DNA of 64,000 nucleotides from Candidatus Saccharimonadota bacterium (GTDB lineage: Bacteria; Patescibacteriota; Saccharimonadia; UBA4664), in assembly GCA_019352195.1 (NCBI GenBank), contig JACAFG010000001.1:66485-130484 (forward strand), written 5' to 3'. The translations under genes and the position numbers were made by a program. This document shows, one piece after another, positions 25,471 through 35,999 of this stretch; position 1 is the first letter of the stretch; every line of letters starts with the position of its first letter. Below the pieces are notes generated by a model. The model saw nothing but the letters and a program-made list of their open reading frames with translations, ran no database searches and was not told the origin of the DNA.

Positions 25471-27885
25471 ATGATTCAAACTGGCCTCACCAGCAAAGAC
25501 GCTGCCGCGCGGCAGCAAAAGTACGGCCGAAATGAAATCGTCTCAAACCGACGACTCCCGGGCGTAACCGCGTTTTTGAGCCGGTTCAAAAACCCGCTCG
25601 TCATCATCCTTATTCTCGCAGCGACGTTATCGGCGTTCGTTGGTGACAAAGTCAGTTTTGTCATCATTATCGTTATCGTGATAATTAGTATCACGCTTGA
25701 CTTTGTTAATACATACCGCAGTGAAGCAGCTGCTGACGCCCTCAAAGACAGGGTGCGCGTCCAGTCAGAAATTCTTCGCGACGGCGTATGGGTGAGCTTG
25801 CCCTTGGCTGAAATTGTCCCCGGGGACATTGTGAAACTGGCGGCCGGCAAAATAATTCCGGCCGATGGGCAAGTAGCCGAAGGCAAAGATCTGTATGCAA
25901 ACGAATCCTCCCTCACCGGGGAGTCGTTTCCGGTCGCCAAAGGTCCGAGCCTGGACCTGTATATGGGCTCAAGTATTATTTCGGGCGGAGGAACCATGCT
26001 GGTTACCGCAACGGGCAAATCAACCAAGTATGCGCACGTAGCTGCTGCCATTAGCGCTAGCTCTGGCCCCACCGAGTTCGATCGCGAAATTAGCCAGTTC
26101 AGCTTGCTCATTATCAAAATCACCACTGGCTTAGTGATATTTATTTTTGCTGCCAACGTCTATTTTCACCGCGGTTTTTTGGAGGCCCTGCTCTTTAGTG
26201 TCGCGCTCGCCGTTGGGCTGACGCCGGAGTTACTGCCACTGATTATTACTCTCAACCTCACTAAAGGTTCACTGGCCATGGCCAAGCATGGGGTCATTGT
26301 AAAGCGCCTGGCCTCCATCCAGAACTTTGGTTCCATGGACGTTCTTTGCACGGATAAAACGGGTACTCTCACCGAAGATCGGATTACCGTGGTTAAGTAC
26401 GTAGATGGTTATGGCGGCGTAAACGAGCATGTGCTTCTGAACGCGTATTTGGGGAGTATTTTTACGACTCGCTACGAGAGTCCATTGGACCGGGCAGTAC
26501 GTAACTTTCGCAAACTTGATGTCTCGGCCTATACCAAGCTGGACGAAGTGCCGTACGATTTTGAGCGCAAGCGTGAGAGCGTGGCCGTAGCTCAGGGCGC
26601 GCATGCCACCCTTATTACCAAAGGTGCTCCCGAAGAGATAATGAAAATTTGCCGCACCTACCACGATGGGCGTCCGTTTAGCGAAGTCGTAAAGCAGGTC
26701 ACGTCCCAATACAATGCCCTTTCGGCCGATGGTTTTAGGGTTTTGGCCGTGGCGAGCCGGGCACTGCCAAAACGCGATAGCTACGAGCCGGAGGATGAGA
26801 CAAAAATGGTGTTCGAAGGCTTTGTGGCCTATCTGGATCCCGCCAAAAAGAGCGTTCGCGGTACGCTAAACCAAATGACTGAATATGGTATTGAGGTAAA
26901 AATTGTCACCGGCGACAACGATCTAGTAACCAGTCGAATTGCCCAAGAAATCGATCTAACTGTGAAGGGCATCCTTACCGGTCTTCAGATTGAACGACTC
27001 AATGATCTTGAACTTCGCGAGGCGGCCGAACGTACTACGATTTTTGCGCGGGTGTCACCGGAGCAAAAGCTGCGAGTAATTCAGAGTCTGCAGGCAAGCG
27101 GTCACGTGGTAGGTTACATGGGGGACGGCATTAACGACGCTCCGGCGCTAAAAGCTGCCGATATAGGTATTTCAGTTAACAACGCCGTCGATGTTGCCAA
27201 GGATACGGCCGATCTGATTTTGCTACACAAAAGTCTGCACGACCTCATTGCGGGCGTTATTGAAGGCCGCCGCACGTTTGCCAACACGCTGAAGTACCTC
27301 ATGATGAGTTTGGGGTCAAACTTTGGCAACATGTTTTCGATGGCCGGCGGATCGCTTATTTTGCCATTCTTACCAATGAAAGCCACCCAAATCTTGCTGA
27401 CTAACTTGCTCTACGACACCTCGCAGTTTGCCCTTCCCATTGACAATGTCGACGTTGAAAGCCTCAAAAAACCGCGTAAATTAAACCTGCGCAGCCTTGA
27501 AAAAGCTATGCTTGTATTTGGTCCGCTTAGCTCAATTTTCGACTTTATAACCTTTGGCGCATTGTATTGGGGCTTTCACTTGAGTGAGTCGGGCTTTCAG
27601 ACCGGTTGGTTTTTGGAAAGTGCCGCCACGCAAACGCTCGTCGTGTATATTATTCGCACTCGCAAACTGCCGTTTATTGGCAGCCGGCCCAGCAGTTGGT
27701 TGGTAGTAAGTACCCTCACCACTGTGGCGGCCGCCTATATTATCGCGCTATCGCCAATCGGCCATTTCTTTGGCTTTTCGTATATTTCGCCGGAGGTGAT
27801 CGGTGTAATTGTACTGATCGTAGCCACTTACTTGGCGACAACTGAGCTCGTAAAACAGTGGTTCTATCGCCATGTTACGCTATGA
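25471..27885 (+). CDS. mgtA: magnesium-translocating P-type ATPase
   Basis: LTGES, GLTPELLP, DKTGTLT, KGAPEE, TGD, GDGINDAP, SNFGNMFS, NLLYD.SQ (type IIIB signature). Confidence 0.9.
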   Translation: MIQTGLTSKDAAARQQKYGRNEIVSNRRLPGVTAFLSRFKNPLVIILILAATLSAFVGDKVSFVIIIVIVIISITLDFVNTYRSEAAADALKDRVRVQSEILRDGVWVSLPLAEIVPGDIVKLAAGKIIPADGQVAEGKDLYANESSLTGESFPVAKGPSLDLYMGSSIISGGGTMLVTATGKSTKYAHVAAAISASSGPTEFDREISQFSLLIIKITTGLVIFIFAANVYFHRGFLEALLFSVALAVGLTPELLPLIITLNLTKGSLAMAKHGVIVKRLASIQNFGSMDVLCTDKTGTLTEDRITVVKYVDGYGGVNEHVLLNAYLGSIFTTRYESPLDRAVRNFRKLDVSAYTKLDEVPYDFERKRESVAVAQGAHATLITKGAPEEIMKICRTYHDGRPFSEVVKQVTSQYNALSADGFRVLAVASRALPKRDSYEPEDETKMVFEGFVAYLDPAKKSVRGTLNQMTEYGIEVKIVTGDNDLVTSRIAQEIDLTVKGILTGLQIERLNDLELREAAERTTIFARVSPEQKLRVIQSLQASGHVVGYMGDGINDAPALKAADIGISVNNAVDVAKDTADLILLHKSLHDLIAGVIEGRRTFANTLKYLMMSLGSNFGNMFSMAGGSLILPFLPMKATQILLTNLLYDTSQFALPIDNVDVESLKKPRKLNLRSLEKAMLVFGPLSSIFDFITFGALYWGFHLSESGFQTGWFLESAATQTLVVYIIRTRKLPFIGSRPSSWLVVSTLTTVAAAYIIALSPIGHFFGFSYISPEVIGVIVLIVATYLATTELVKQWFYRHVTL

Positions 27886-27945
27886 CATAGTTAAGATAAC
27901 CAACGATAAGGCTCGATAAAGCGATCGGTTTTGTAGAATGCGTTA

Positions 27946-29346
27946 TTGGCTTACTCGTCATATACCGGCATCCTTAAAGTAATATTGAGGTTAAATGTGG
28001 CATTATCATTTCGGCGCAGTTACGTTGACCGTCGGGTTTTCACCGCCTTATCAATTTTGGCACTATTTTCTCTAAGTACGACGTTTGTGACAATTGGTGC
28101 TGTCACCAAAATGGTGAGCTCGCGCCAAGAAGGGCTAAATTATAGCAATGCTCGCACCACTTTGGGCGATTTGTTGACTGAGCTTAATGCGGCCGAGAGC
28201 GCCCAGCGAGGCTATTTGCTGGTCGAGGATAAAACCTATCTCGAGCCCTATAACATGGCCATAAAAGTAATTCCGGGGGATGTCACCACGCTTCAGGCTC
28301 AGCTCGCCGGAACCCCGTATAGTACCACCATGAGCACCATCTATCCGCTAGTAAATCAAAAACTCGCGGAGCTGGCATCAACGATTACCGCCAACGATAC
28401 GCAGGGGCACGATGCTGCCATAAGTATCGTGGCCGCGGCCGACGGGCAGTCCCGCATGTCGAAAATTCGAACAATCATCACTAGCATTCTCGACAACCTT
28501 AACGGCGAAGTATCGGCTGCGCGAGTGGAGGTAAATCAGTACGCCAGCTGGGCCCGCGATATTGGCTTGTTGGCCCTGGGCGGAACACTCGTTTTGGTGG
28601 TGGGGATTTACTTCTTGTTTGACCATGCGATTGAGGCTGAACGTGCTCTCGATCAAGCTAAAGATGAGTTTGTTTCGCTTGCGTCGCACCAGTTGCGAAC
28701 ACCTGCCACCGGTATCAAATCCATTTTATCAATGCTTGAACACGGCGATTTTGGCCCCCTGACAGATCGACAGCATAATGTTGTCAGTAAAGCCGTCCGA
28801 AGTAACGCCCGCGAACTCGCCATAATCGAAGAGCTCCTTAACGTTGCCAAGGCCGACGCCGGCCGTTTAGTTTTGAAGCCGGTTGAACTGGATTTGGGTA
28901 AGTTGGTAGAGCAGGTAGTGGGTGAGCAGCAGGCTGCCTACACGACGAAATATATTGCGCTTGGACTGCATCAGCCGAGCCACACGGTGAAATTGCTCGC
29001 TGACGAAGAAAAACTCTATATGGCCATTACGAACCTGGTCGACAATGCCCGCAAATATACGCCAGAAGGTGGCAGCGTTACCGTAACAATAGCCAACCAC
29101 CGTAATCATGTCTCTATCGAAGTGGCCGATAGTGGCATTGGTATCGATGAGCATGAGCTCGATCACATCTTCGATCGGTTCCAACGTTCGCGGATGGTGT
29201 TGGCAGGGACAATCGAAGGTACCGGTCTTGGTTTATACTTGGCTCGTCGCATTGCGGAGCTGCATCATGGTACGATAAACGTAGATTCCAAAAAAGATCA
29301 CGGCTCCAGATTCACAATGATTTTACCGAGGCGTCCTCAATCATGA
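27946..29346 (+). CDS. CHASE3-domain sensor histidine kinase
   Basis: AESAQRGYLL...YLEPY CHASE3 motif; SHQLRTP, NLVDNARKY, GTGLGL. Start may be GTG near 27997. Confidence 0.93.
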   Translation: MAYSSYTGILKVILRLNVALSFRRSYVDRRVFTALSILALFSLSTTFVTIGAVTKMVSSRQEGLNYSNARTTLGDLLTELNAAESAQRGYLLVEDKTYLEPYNMAIKVIPGDVTTLQAQLAGTPYSTTMSTIYPLVNQKLAELASTITANDTQGHDAAISIVAAADGQSRMSKIRTIITSILDNLNGEVSAARVEVNQYASWARDIGLLALGGTLVLVVGIYFLFDHAIEAERALDQAKDEFVSLASHQLRTPATGIKSILSMLEHGDFGPLTDRQHNVVSKAVRSNARELAIIEELLNVAKADAGRLVLKPVELDLGKLVEQVVGEQQAAYTTKYIALGLHQPSHTVKLLADEEKLYMAITNLVDNARKYTPEGGSVTVTIANHRNHVSIEVADSGIGIDEHELDHIFDRFQRSRMVLAGTIEGTGLGLYLARRIAELHHGTINVDSKKDHGSRFTMILPRRPQS

Positions 29347-29738
29347 CTGCTAAAACACTACCCAAAATCATGATCGTTGAAGATGACGATATTATTCGAG
29401 AAGTTTATACGCTCAAATTCGAGCTCGAAGGTTTTCCCGTCACTGCCGCCGAAAACGGTCAAATTGCACTCGAACGCGCGGCCAGCTTTGAACCCGATAT
29501 TATATTACTCGACATGATGATGCCGGTAATGGGCGGCCTCGACTTTATGCGCGCGTGGCGTGCTTTGCCAGAGCGCGCCGCCGAAGTTATTGTTTTTAGC
29601 AATATTTCTGCCCCCAATCAAATGAATGAAGTGCTTGCTCTTGGCGCCAGCGAATATTGGGTGAAGTCTGACTATACGCCCGATCGAGCAACTACTGCCA
29701 TCGTGGAGCGTTGGCAACGTCGCGATAACCAGAAATGA
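29343..29738 (+). CDS. single-domain response regulator
   Basis: IMIVEDD, PDIILLDMMMP, VFSN, YWVKS. Confidence 0.92.
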   Translation: MTAKTLPKIMIVEDDDIIREVYTLKFELEGFPVTAAENGQIALERAASFEPDIILLDMMMPVMGGLDFMRAWRALPERAAEVIVFSNISAPNQMNEVLALGASEYWVKSDYTPDRATTAIVERWQRRDNQK

Positions 29739-30511
29739 AGCTCCTGGACGGACGCGAGGCGGCCGACTTTATCAAAGCTCGCCACGCAGGCGAGGTGAGG
29801 GGACTACCGCCGATGCGCCTCGCAATTGTGCGCCAAGGCGCCACCGCGGCCACCGACATGTACTTGCGTGTTAAGCAGCGCTACGGCGATGACATTGGTA
29901 TTGATGTCGACTTGTACACTGAAACTGGGGCAACGCTCTTAAAGCGGATTCATCAGCTCAACAGTGACGACAGTGTGATGGCTATTAATGTAGAATTACC
30001 GTTCACTGACGCCCCGGAGCTTACCAATGAGGCCTTGGCCGCGGTTACGCCCAGCAAAGACGTCGAAGGCTTTGCACCCGGATCGGAGTTTGAAGTGGTT
30101 ACACCTAAGGCCATAATGTGGCTGCTGGCGGCATACAACATCGACCTCAAGGCGCGGCGTATTGGCATCGTCGGACTGGGTAAATTAGTAGGAGCACCGT
30201 TGGCCGAGCGCCTCGAAGCCTCAGGCCACACCGTGATGCGCTGCGACGAGCATACGAAAGATTTAGCCGCCCAATTATCGGAATGCCCGGTAGTAATAAC
30301 TGCCACCGGACAGCCCGGACTCATCACTGCCAGCATGCTTGCGGATGGAGCTGTGGTGGTTGACGCGGGTGCCCCCAAGTCCGATTTAGCTGACGATGTC
30401 TTAGCGCGTCCAGATCTCACTCGCACGCCTAACCCGGGCGGTGTTGGACCCATGACGGTAGCTGCCTTGTTCGATAACGTGATTTTAGCCTGTCGCCGCG
30501 CTCGCAAATAA
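29735..30511 (+). CDS. folD: methylenetetrahydrofolate dehydrogenase/cyclohydrolase
   Basis: MKLLDGR, KDVEG, VGLGKLVGAP, ATGQPGLI, VVDAG, TPNPGGVGPMTV. Confidence 0.9.
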   Translation: MKLLDGREAADFIKARHAGEVRGLPPMRLAIVRQGATAATDMYLRVKQRYGDDIGIDVDLYTETGATLLKRIHQLNSDDSVMAINVELPFTDAPELTNEALAAVTPSKDVEGFAPGSEFEVVTPKAIMWLLAAYNIDLKARRIGIVGLGKLVGAPLAERLEASGHTVMRCDEHTKDLAAQLSECPVVITATGQPGLITASMLADGAVVVDAGAPKSDLADDVLARPDLTRTPNPGGVGPMTVAALFDNVILACRRARK

Positions 30512-30572
30512 GGGAGTGCCGCCAAACGTGGCATCCATCACAACTAAATAGATGGATAGAAAAAGCCGCGAA

Positions 30573-30971
30573 TCAAGCGGCGTTGGGTGATTTCTTGCCT
30601 AAAAGAGTCTGTACGCGCTCAACTACTTCTTTGGGAGTAGATTCGGCTTTGACAATAAAATCATCGGCTGCCATTTTGTAGACGCGCGTGGCAGTTTCGG
30701 TGTCGCCCATATTGGTGAGCACAATCACCTTAAAAGGGTGACTAGTGGACGTCTGGCGCAAATGGCTCAGCACGTCAAACCCAGTTACTTCGGGCATCAT
30801 CAGGTCGAGAAGGACGATGTCTGGCTTAAAAGTATCAAACAACTCCAGGCCGCTCTGGCCGTCACCCGCCGTTTGGACGGCGTAGCCTTCGTGCTCAAAT
30901 TTGGCGCGGTACATTTCAACGATGGCTAAATCATCTTCAACAATAGCAATTTTTGTAGGTTGCTCGCTCAT
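30573..30971 (-). CDS. single-domain response regulator
   Basis: IAIVEDD, PDIVLLDLMMP, VLTN, FIVKA. Confidence 0.92.
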   Translation of the reverse strand: MSEQPTKIAIVEDDLAIVEMYRAKFEHEGYAVQTAGDGQSGLELFDTFKPDIVLLDLMMPEVTGFDVLSHLRQTSTSHPFKVIVLTNMGDTETATRVYKMAADDFIVKAESTPKEVVERVQTLLGKKSPNAA

Positions 30972-31027
30972 TTCGCAATCTTACCCCAAAGATCAGGCGG
31001 TCGCAATTAAGTGGCGCCCCAATATGG

Positions 31028-31690
31028 CTACTTGACAGCAAGTTGCGGTAGCTCGAGGTCATAGATGGCGGCGAGCACAGCGTCGGCAGTTGGCTGCGGT
31101 CTCATCGGGCGACCAATGGTAACCTGAAACCCACGCCGGAGCCCGCTCGTCCATTGGATGCGCGCCGGAATAATACGCACCATCGGGTTTACTCCCAAGA
31201 CGGCCACGCCAACACGAGCCGGCGACTGGCGGGGCAGCGTGCGGCGGCCTTCGGGGAACATCACCACGGTCTGACCGCGGCCCAGGTACGCCCGGGCAGC
31301 TTCAATCCCATAGGGCAGCGTCTGCTCTTTTCGGGCAGGGAAGCTGCCAAAGCTAAGCAATGGCCAGCGCAGCCACAGCCGGGTAAACAGGCTGGCGTTG
31401 GCCATATAGCGAAATACGCCCAGATTTGGCCACAAGCTCATGGGTAGCGCGCCGCAAATTACAAATGGATCAGCGGCGCTCTGGTGGTTGGCGGCAATCA
31501 CGTAGTGATAGTTCTTATCCAGATCGCTAGGCAAGAGCTCGATTCGTCGGGCGCCCCGCATAACCAATGCCTCAACCCAGCGGGACGGCCAATACCAAAA
31601 ATGCTGATTAAACCGAATAAACCCCAGATACCGTGAGGAAGTAAGGGGGATGGGGGTTGGAAGCAGGCGCTGAGCGCGAATAGTCGTCAT
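31028..31690 (-). CDS. lysophospholipid acyltransferase (PlsC-like)
   Basis: ANHQSAAD (HxxxxD) and MFPEGRR motifs. Confidence 0.9.
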   Translation of the reverse strand: MTTIRAQRLLPTPIPLTSSRYLGFIRFNQHFWYWPSRWVEALVMRGARRIELLPSDLDKNYHYVIAANHQSAADPFVICGALPMSLWPNLGVFRYMANASLFTRLWLRWPLLSFGSFPARKEQTLPYGIEAARAYLGRGQTVVMFPEGRRTLPRQSPARVGVAVLGVNPMVRIIPARIQWTSGLRRGFQVTIGRPMRPQPTADAVLAAIYDLELPQLAVK

Positions 31691-31745
31691 TTATCGTAGT
31701 TCTTATTCTTGATTAAAATATAACATAGTGTTATAGTTTAATCAA

Positions 31746-32513
31746 ATGTCAACTTTAAAACATCTTCTGCGCTACCACAAAATTCTGCTTCTAGGCTCAG
31801 ACAAATCATATAACGCAGCCCCGGCCGTGCGTCCGGACGATGATCGGGCCGCGCGCCAATTACACGCTAAAATTTATCGTGAACTTGGCTATGTCACCCC
31901 CGATGGGGTCAACCATCTTGGTCTCATGACGCCAGCAGCCGACCCCTACGGCCACAAAGCGGTCTATTTCGCTGTTTGGTCGTCCGCTAAAACTGCGTCC
32001 GCGCCCGTTGCCACGGGACGTATTATTGAGGCTGCTCCAGGTGACGATCACATGGCATTTCAAATGTACAACGAGCTCACGCTGTCGCCAGAAGCCGTCG
32101 CCACAATAGGAAGCTTCGACCCCAGCACGTGTGCCGAAGTTTCGGGTCTTGCTAAGCGTCGAGGCGAAAGTACGGTCGCTATTTTGCTGCTTTACCGCGC
32201 CATGTGGCAATATTCGATTGGACGACATCATAAACTGTGGCTGATGGCGGTAGATGAGCGACTGTTTGGCCGAATTCAACAGCTCTTCGGGCCTGCCTTT
32301 CAGGTTGCGGGCGAGCCAGTTTTTTTTCGCGGTCACACCGTAGTACCGGCTATGCTAAATTTGGAGACATCGATCGACAAACTCATACGGGCGAGTAAAA
32401 CGGGCTCGCCTTGGCAGCGCTTGGTGCGTGCTCGTTTAGCCGCATTTATGCTGCATGGACTACCAAACGATCTTCGCCGTACCCATCAGTCAAAAGCGAA
32501 AACTGAGGCTTAA
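31746..32513 (+). CDS. GNAT-fold N-acyl synthase-like protein (FeeM/LuxI-like)
   Basis: QLHAKIYRELGYV, DPY, ATGRII, CAEVSGLAK, LLYRAMWQYS. Confidence 0.75.
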   Translation: MSTLKHLLRYHKILLLGSDKSYNAAPAVRPDDDRAARQLHAKIYRELGYVTPDGVNHLGLMTPAADPYGHKAVYFAVWSSAKTASAPVATGRIIEAAPGDDHMAFQMYNELTLSPEAVATIGSFDPSTCAEVSGLAKRRGESTVAILLLYRAMWQYSIGRHHKLWLMAVDERLFGRIQQLFGPAFQVAGEPVFFRGHTVVPAMLNLETSIDKLIRASKTGSPWQRLVRARLAAFMLHGLPNDLRRTHQSKAKTEA

Positions 32514-32514
32514 T

Positions 32515-33222
32515 ATGAACCGACTCACGAAAGCACTGTGGAGCTTGTATGCTAAATCGTACGACGGCCTGTTGTATTTTTGGCCGTATAAAAACTTGCT
32601 CGGCCTCATGGCGGCGCGATCTCATCCAGCGGCCGGTGAGGTAATGCTCGATCTCGGCTGCGGCACTGGTAACTTACTAAAAATCCTCATCGAGGCAAGC
32701 CCTAACGCTCATTTCATTGGTCTTGATGTCTCTAGCGGCATGCTCGAAGTGGCTCGACGTAAACTCGCAGTACAGATAAAAACCGGTACGGTAGAACTTA
32801 CCGAAGGCGAGATTATGACCTACCTCCGACAACAACCAAACGCCTCGTTTGATGTCATTGCCTCCATGAATGTGCTTTACACTATTGCCGACCAAACAGG
32901 CTTGTGGTACGAGCTCATGAGGGTACTCAGGCCTGGCGGCCGTATTATTATTACCGCCTCGGTGCGGCCGGGCAGCGGCGCTATTATCGCCGAGCATTTC
33001 GCTCATGCTACGTTGTGGCCTTTGTTGCGACTACGGCTCCTAGCCGTATTCATTATCGATGCCATCATTAACGTACTGGGCCACACCGGCCACTTTGCCT
33101 TTAGCGACGAAGCCACTCTGGAGGTTGCCGTTGAGGCAGCCGGCGGCCACATGCACGATGCGGTAACCTGCTACGGGGGCTCTGAAAAAGGCGTTAATAC
33201 GCTTTTTACCGTCTCAAGTTAA
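32515..33222 (+). CDS. class I SAM-dependent methyltransferase
   Basis: LWSLYAKSYD, MLDLGCGTGNL, GLDVSSGML, RVLRPGG; ATG 32515 directly follows the upstream stop. Confidence 0.92.
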   Translation: MNRLTKALWSLYAKSYDGLLYFWPYKNLLGLMAARSHPAAGEVMLDLGCGTGNLLKILIEASPNAHFIGLDVSSGMLEVARRKLAVQIKTGTVELTEGEIMTYLRQQPNASFDVIASMNVLYTIADQTGLWYELMRVLRPGGRIIITASVRPGSGAIIAEHFAHATLWPLLRLRLLAVFIIDAIINVLGHTGHFAFSDEATLEVAVEAAGGHMHDAVTCYGGSEKGVNTLFTVSS

Positions 33223-33246
33223 GCTTAAGCGTGTTAAAATAAGCCC

Positions 33247-35382
33247 ATGACTGTTGAGTTGGTGGGCGTAGTTTTGGTAGCTGCGAGTGCTATTTTATTA
33301 GGGCTCGTGACGCTGCTTACCAACATGCATCGCCGTCCCAACCGTATCTTTGCGATCCTAAGCGGCTTGGCGTGCTGCTTTGTGGTCGTTAATTATCTGG
33401 TCGATCACACCGACAGCCACGCTTTGTTGTTAGCTCGCGCGACGTTTTTTATTGGTTGTTTTATGGCCTGGTCCATGTTTGCTTTTATGGCTAATTTTCC
33501 TCGGCGATTTTGGCCGGGACGCGCCGAATGGGTCGCTCTTATTTTGGCCACTATCACGGCCCTGTTTACGCTGACGCCATACTTTATACCTGGAATTGTT
33601 GTTGAGGCGGGCAAAAATACGGTTCAGGAAGGCCCGCTCTACGGCGTGTTTATTATTTACGCAGCGATCATTTTTATTGCCACCGGCGCGGCAATTGTCA
33701 CGGCCTTAGACAAAACTCGTGCCCTCGAGAGGCGTCGTGTTCGTTTGGTAGCAGTAGCGCTGGGCGCAAGCGCCGTACTGCTTATGGCCACCAACGTGTT
33801 GATTCCGCTTGTGGTGGGTTCGGATGCCTCGGCTAGTTGGGGACCGCTGTCACTGGTATTGTTCATTTCAGTAAGTACGTACGCTATTATCCGCCAGCGG
33901 TTGTTTGATGTGCGTTTGCTCGTTACACGTTCCATCGTTTACCTGCTCCTGCTCATTACCCTCACGGTTATATTCGTAGGGTCCGCTTTTGCCGCTTCGC
34001 ACTTCTTGTTCAATGACCAATCCGGCGGTTTGAATCAAACGCTGGTTTATGCAGCTTTGAGCATTATTCTAGCGTTTGCTTTCCAGCCACTGCGGCGTGG
34101 TTTTGAACATCTGACCAATCGCATTTTTTACCATGATCAATACTCGAGCCGGATGGTTCTCGACAGCATTTCGCGCATTTTGGTGTCGGAATTGCACCTC
34201 GACCGGCTAATGTCGCGTAGTCTTGATACGCTCTGCCGAGAGATGCGCTTGGAGTTTGGGCAGCTCATCATTTTCAACGAAGACCGGGTTTACCGCATTG
34301 AGCACTTTGGACCATTACCCAAACGGCTCATGGTGGTACCAGAGCTGCGTCGCTTGGGCACAGGGCAAGTCGTTGCCGATGAACTTTCGGGTGGCGAACG
34401 TAAAGGTTTGCTCGACGATCATGGTATTCGCATGTCACTTGGGCTCAAAACGAGCGGTGAGTTTGTCGGGTACCTATTGCTTGGCGATAAACTTTCGGGC
34501 GACAGCTACAACAAAGAAGAGCTCGAGCTCATTGCTATCATCGGCAAACAACTGGCTGTAGGTGTGGCTAACGCCATGTCGTACGCCGAAATCGAGGCTT
34601 TTAACCGCACCCTCCAAGACCGCGTCGACCACGCCACCTCTCGTCTGCGCGTGGCCAACCGCCACCTCAAAGAACTTGATAAAACCAAAGACGAATTTAT
34701 TTCCATGGCGTCTCATCAGCTCCGTACGCCGCTAACCACCATCAAAGGCTACCTCAGCATGATGACCGAAGGCGATGCCGGGAAGCTAACGGCGACTCAG
34801 CGCGAATTTGCCGGCTATGCCTACGATGCCTCAGAGCGTATGGTAAATCTCATCTCCGATTTGCTTAACGTGTCGCGACTTGAAGCCGGGCGCTTTATGA
34901 TTCAGACCAAACCCACCGATATTACCGCTATGGTGGCCGACGAAGTTCGGCAGCTTCAGCAGCACGCCGATACTAAAGGCCTCGAAATGAAATTCATCCC
35001 GCCACCCGAAATTTTTCCGCCAATTGAGATTGACGAGAATAAAACCCGTCAGGTAATTATGAATTTTATCGACAATGCTATTTACTACACCAGGACCGGC
35101 GGCAGCGTTACTATTAGTTTGAAGCGCGTGGGCGAGAATGCTCGTCTAGAAGTTACCGATACCGGCATCGGTGTGCCGACTATCGCTAAGAAAAAACTCT
35201 TCAGCAAATTTTTCCGCGCCGAAAACGCCCAGGGTATGCGTCCAGATGGGACTGGTCTGGGGCTCTACTTAGCGCGGCGCGTAATTGCTGATCAAAATGG
35301 TACAATCATTTTTAAGAGCACTGAAGGCGAAGGTTCAACCTTCGGATTCGAACTGCCGTTTACAGCAATAAGCAATAAGTGA
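33247..35382 (+). CDS. histidine kinase with N-terminal 7TM-type sensor and GAF-like region
   Basis: Multi-TM N-terminus with YAIIRQRLFDVR; LGDKLSGD.Y...EL..I; SHQLRTP, NFIDNAIYY, GTGLGLY. Confidence 0.93.
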   Translation: MTVELVGVVLVAASAILLGLVTLLTNMHRRPNRIFAILSGLACCFVVVNYLVDHTDSHALLLARATFFIGCFMAWSMFAFMANFPRRFWPGRAEWVALILATITALFTLTPYFIPGIVVEAGKNTVQEGPLYGVFIIYAAIIFIATGAAIVTALDKTRALERRRVRLVAVALGASAVLLMATNVLIPLVVGSDASASWGPLSLVLFISVSTYAIIRQRLFDVRLLVTRSIVYLLLLITLTVIFVGSAFAASHFLFNDQSGGLNQTLVYAALSIILAFAFQPLRRGFEHLTNRIFYHDQYSSRMVLDSISRILVSELHLDRLMSRSLDTLCREMRLEFGQLIIFNEDRVYRIEHFGPLPKRLMVVPELRRLGTGQVVADELSGGERKGLLDDHGIRMSLGLKTSGEFVGYLLLGDKLSGDSYNKEELELIAIIGKQLAVGVANAMSYAEIEAFNRTLQDRVDHATSRLRVANRHLKELDKTKDEFISMASHQLRTPLTTIKGYLSMMTEGDAGKLTATQREFAGYAYDASERMVNLISDLLNVSRLEAGRFMIQTKPTDITAMVADEVRQLQQHADTKGLEMKFIPPPEIFPPIEIDENKTRQVIMNFIDNAIYYTRTGGSVTISLKRVGENARLEVTDTGIGVPTIAKKKLFSKFFRAENAQGMRPDGTGLGLYLARRVIADQNGTIIFKSTEGEGSTFGFELPFTAISNK

Positions 35383-35396
35383 GAAAGTATAAGACA

Positions 35397-35801
35397 ATGG
35401 CTCAATCTGCCTCTGCTGCGCACGACAAAATCATTTTGCTGGCCGAAGATGATCCGTTTATTTCACGAATGTACCAAGTAAAGCTTTCTGGTGCCGGTTT
35501 TACCGTTATTACCAAAACCAATGGCCGTGAAGCCTATGAGGCCATTAAGTCGGACAAGCCGAGTCTCATAATGCTCGATATCAATATGCCAGAGCTATCC
35601 GGGTTGGAAGTGCTATCGGCATTAGCGAGCGATAGCTTCGACTTTAGCACCACGCCTACCATTGTCCTCACAAATTCATCGAGCATGGAAGACCGCAAAA
35701 AAGCCGAGCAGTATGGCGCCGAATACCTGGTAAAAGCCGAGCTCACGCCTCGCCAGGTGCTCGATTTAATCGATGACAAGCTGGGTATCGGCCATGCTTA
35801 G
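35397..35801 (+). CDS. single-domain response regulator
   Basis: ILLAEDD, LIMLDINMP, VLTN, YLVKA. Confidence 0.92.
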   Translation: MAQSASAAHDKIILLAEDDPFISRMYQVKLSGAGFTVITKTNGREAYEAIKSDKPSLIMLDINMPELSGLEVLSALASDSFDFSTTPTIVLTNSSSMEDRKKAEQYGAEYLVKAELTPRQVLDLIDDKLGIGHA

Positions 35802-35973
35802 TGCCGGGCTTTTCGGCATGGCCTGCTTTATAATTGTTTTTCTTGGACTGCGCGGCTTCGAATATTTTTACCATCACCTGCGCCACACACCCGACTGGTC
35901 GCCTCATTGGGGCAGCTGGGTCTTTGCGGTCCTGGCGGGCCTTTATGTTTTTCTGACCAATATTGGCCGGTAA
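35794..35973 (+). CDS. small two-TM hypothetical protein
   Basis: MLSAGLFGMACFIIVFLG...; overlaps the stop of the regulator gene. Confidence 0.55.
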   Translation: MLSAGLFGMACFIIVFLGLRGFEYFYHHLRHTPDWSPHWGSWVFAVLAGLYVFLTNIGR

Positions 35974-35999
35974 ATAAGTAGCTTGAAGGCAATGGAATG

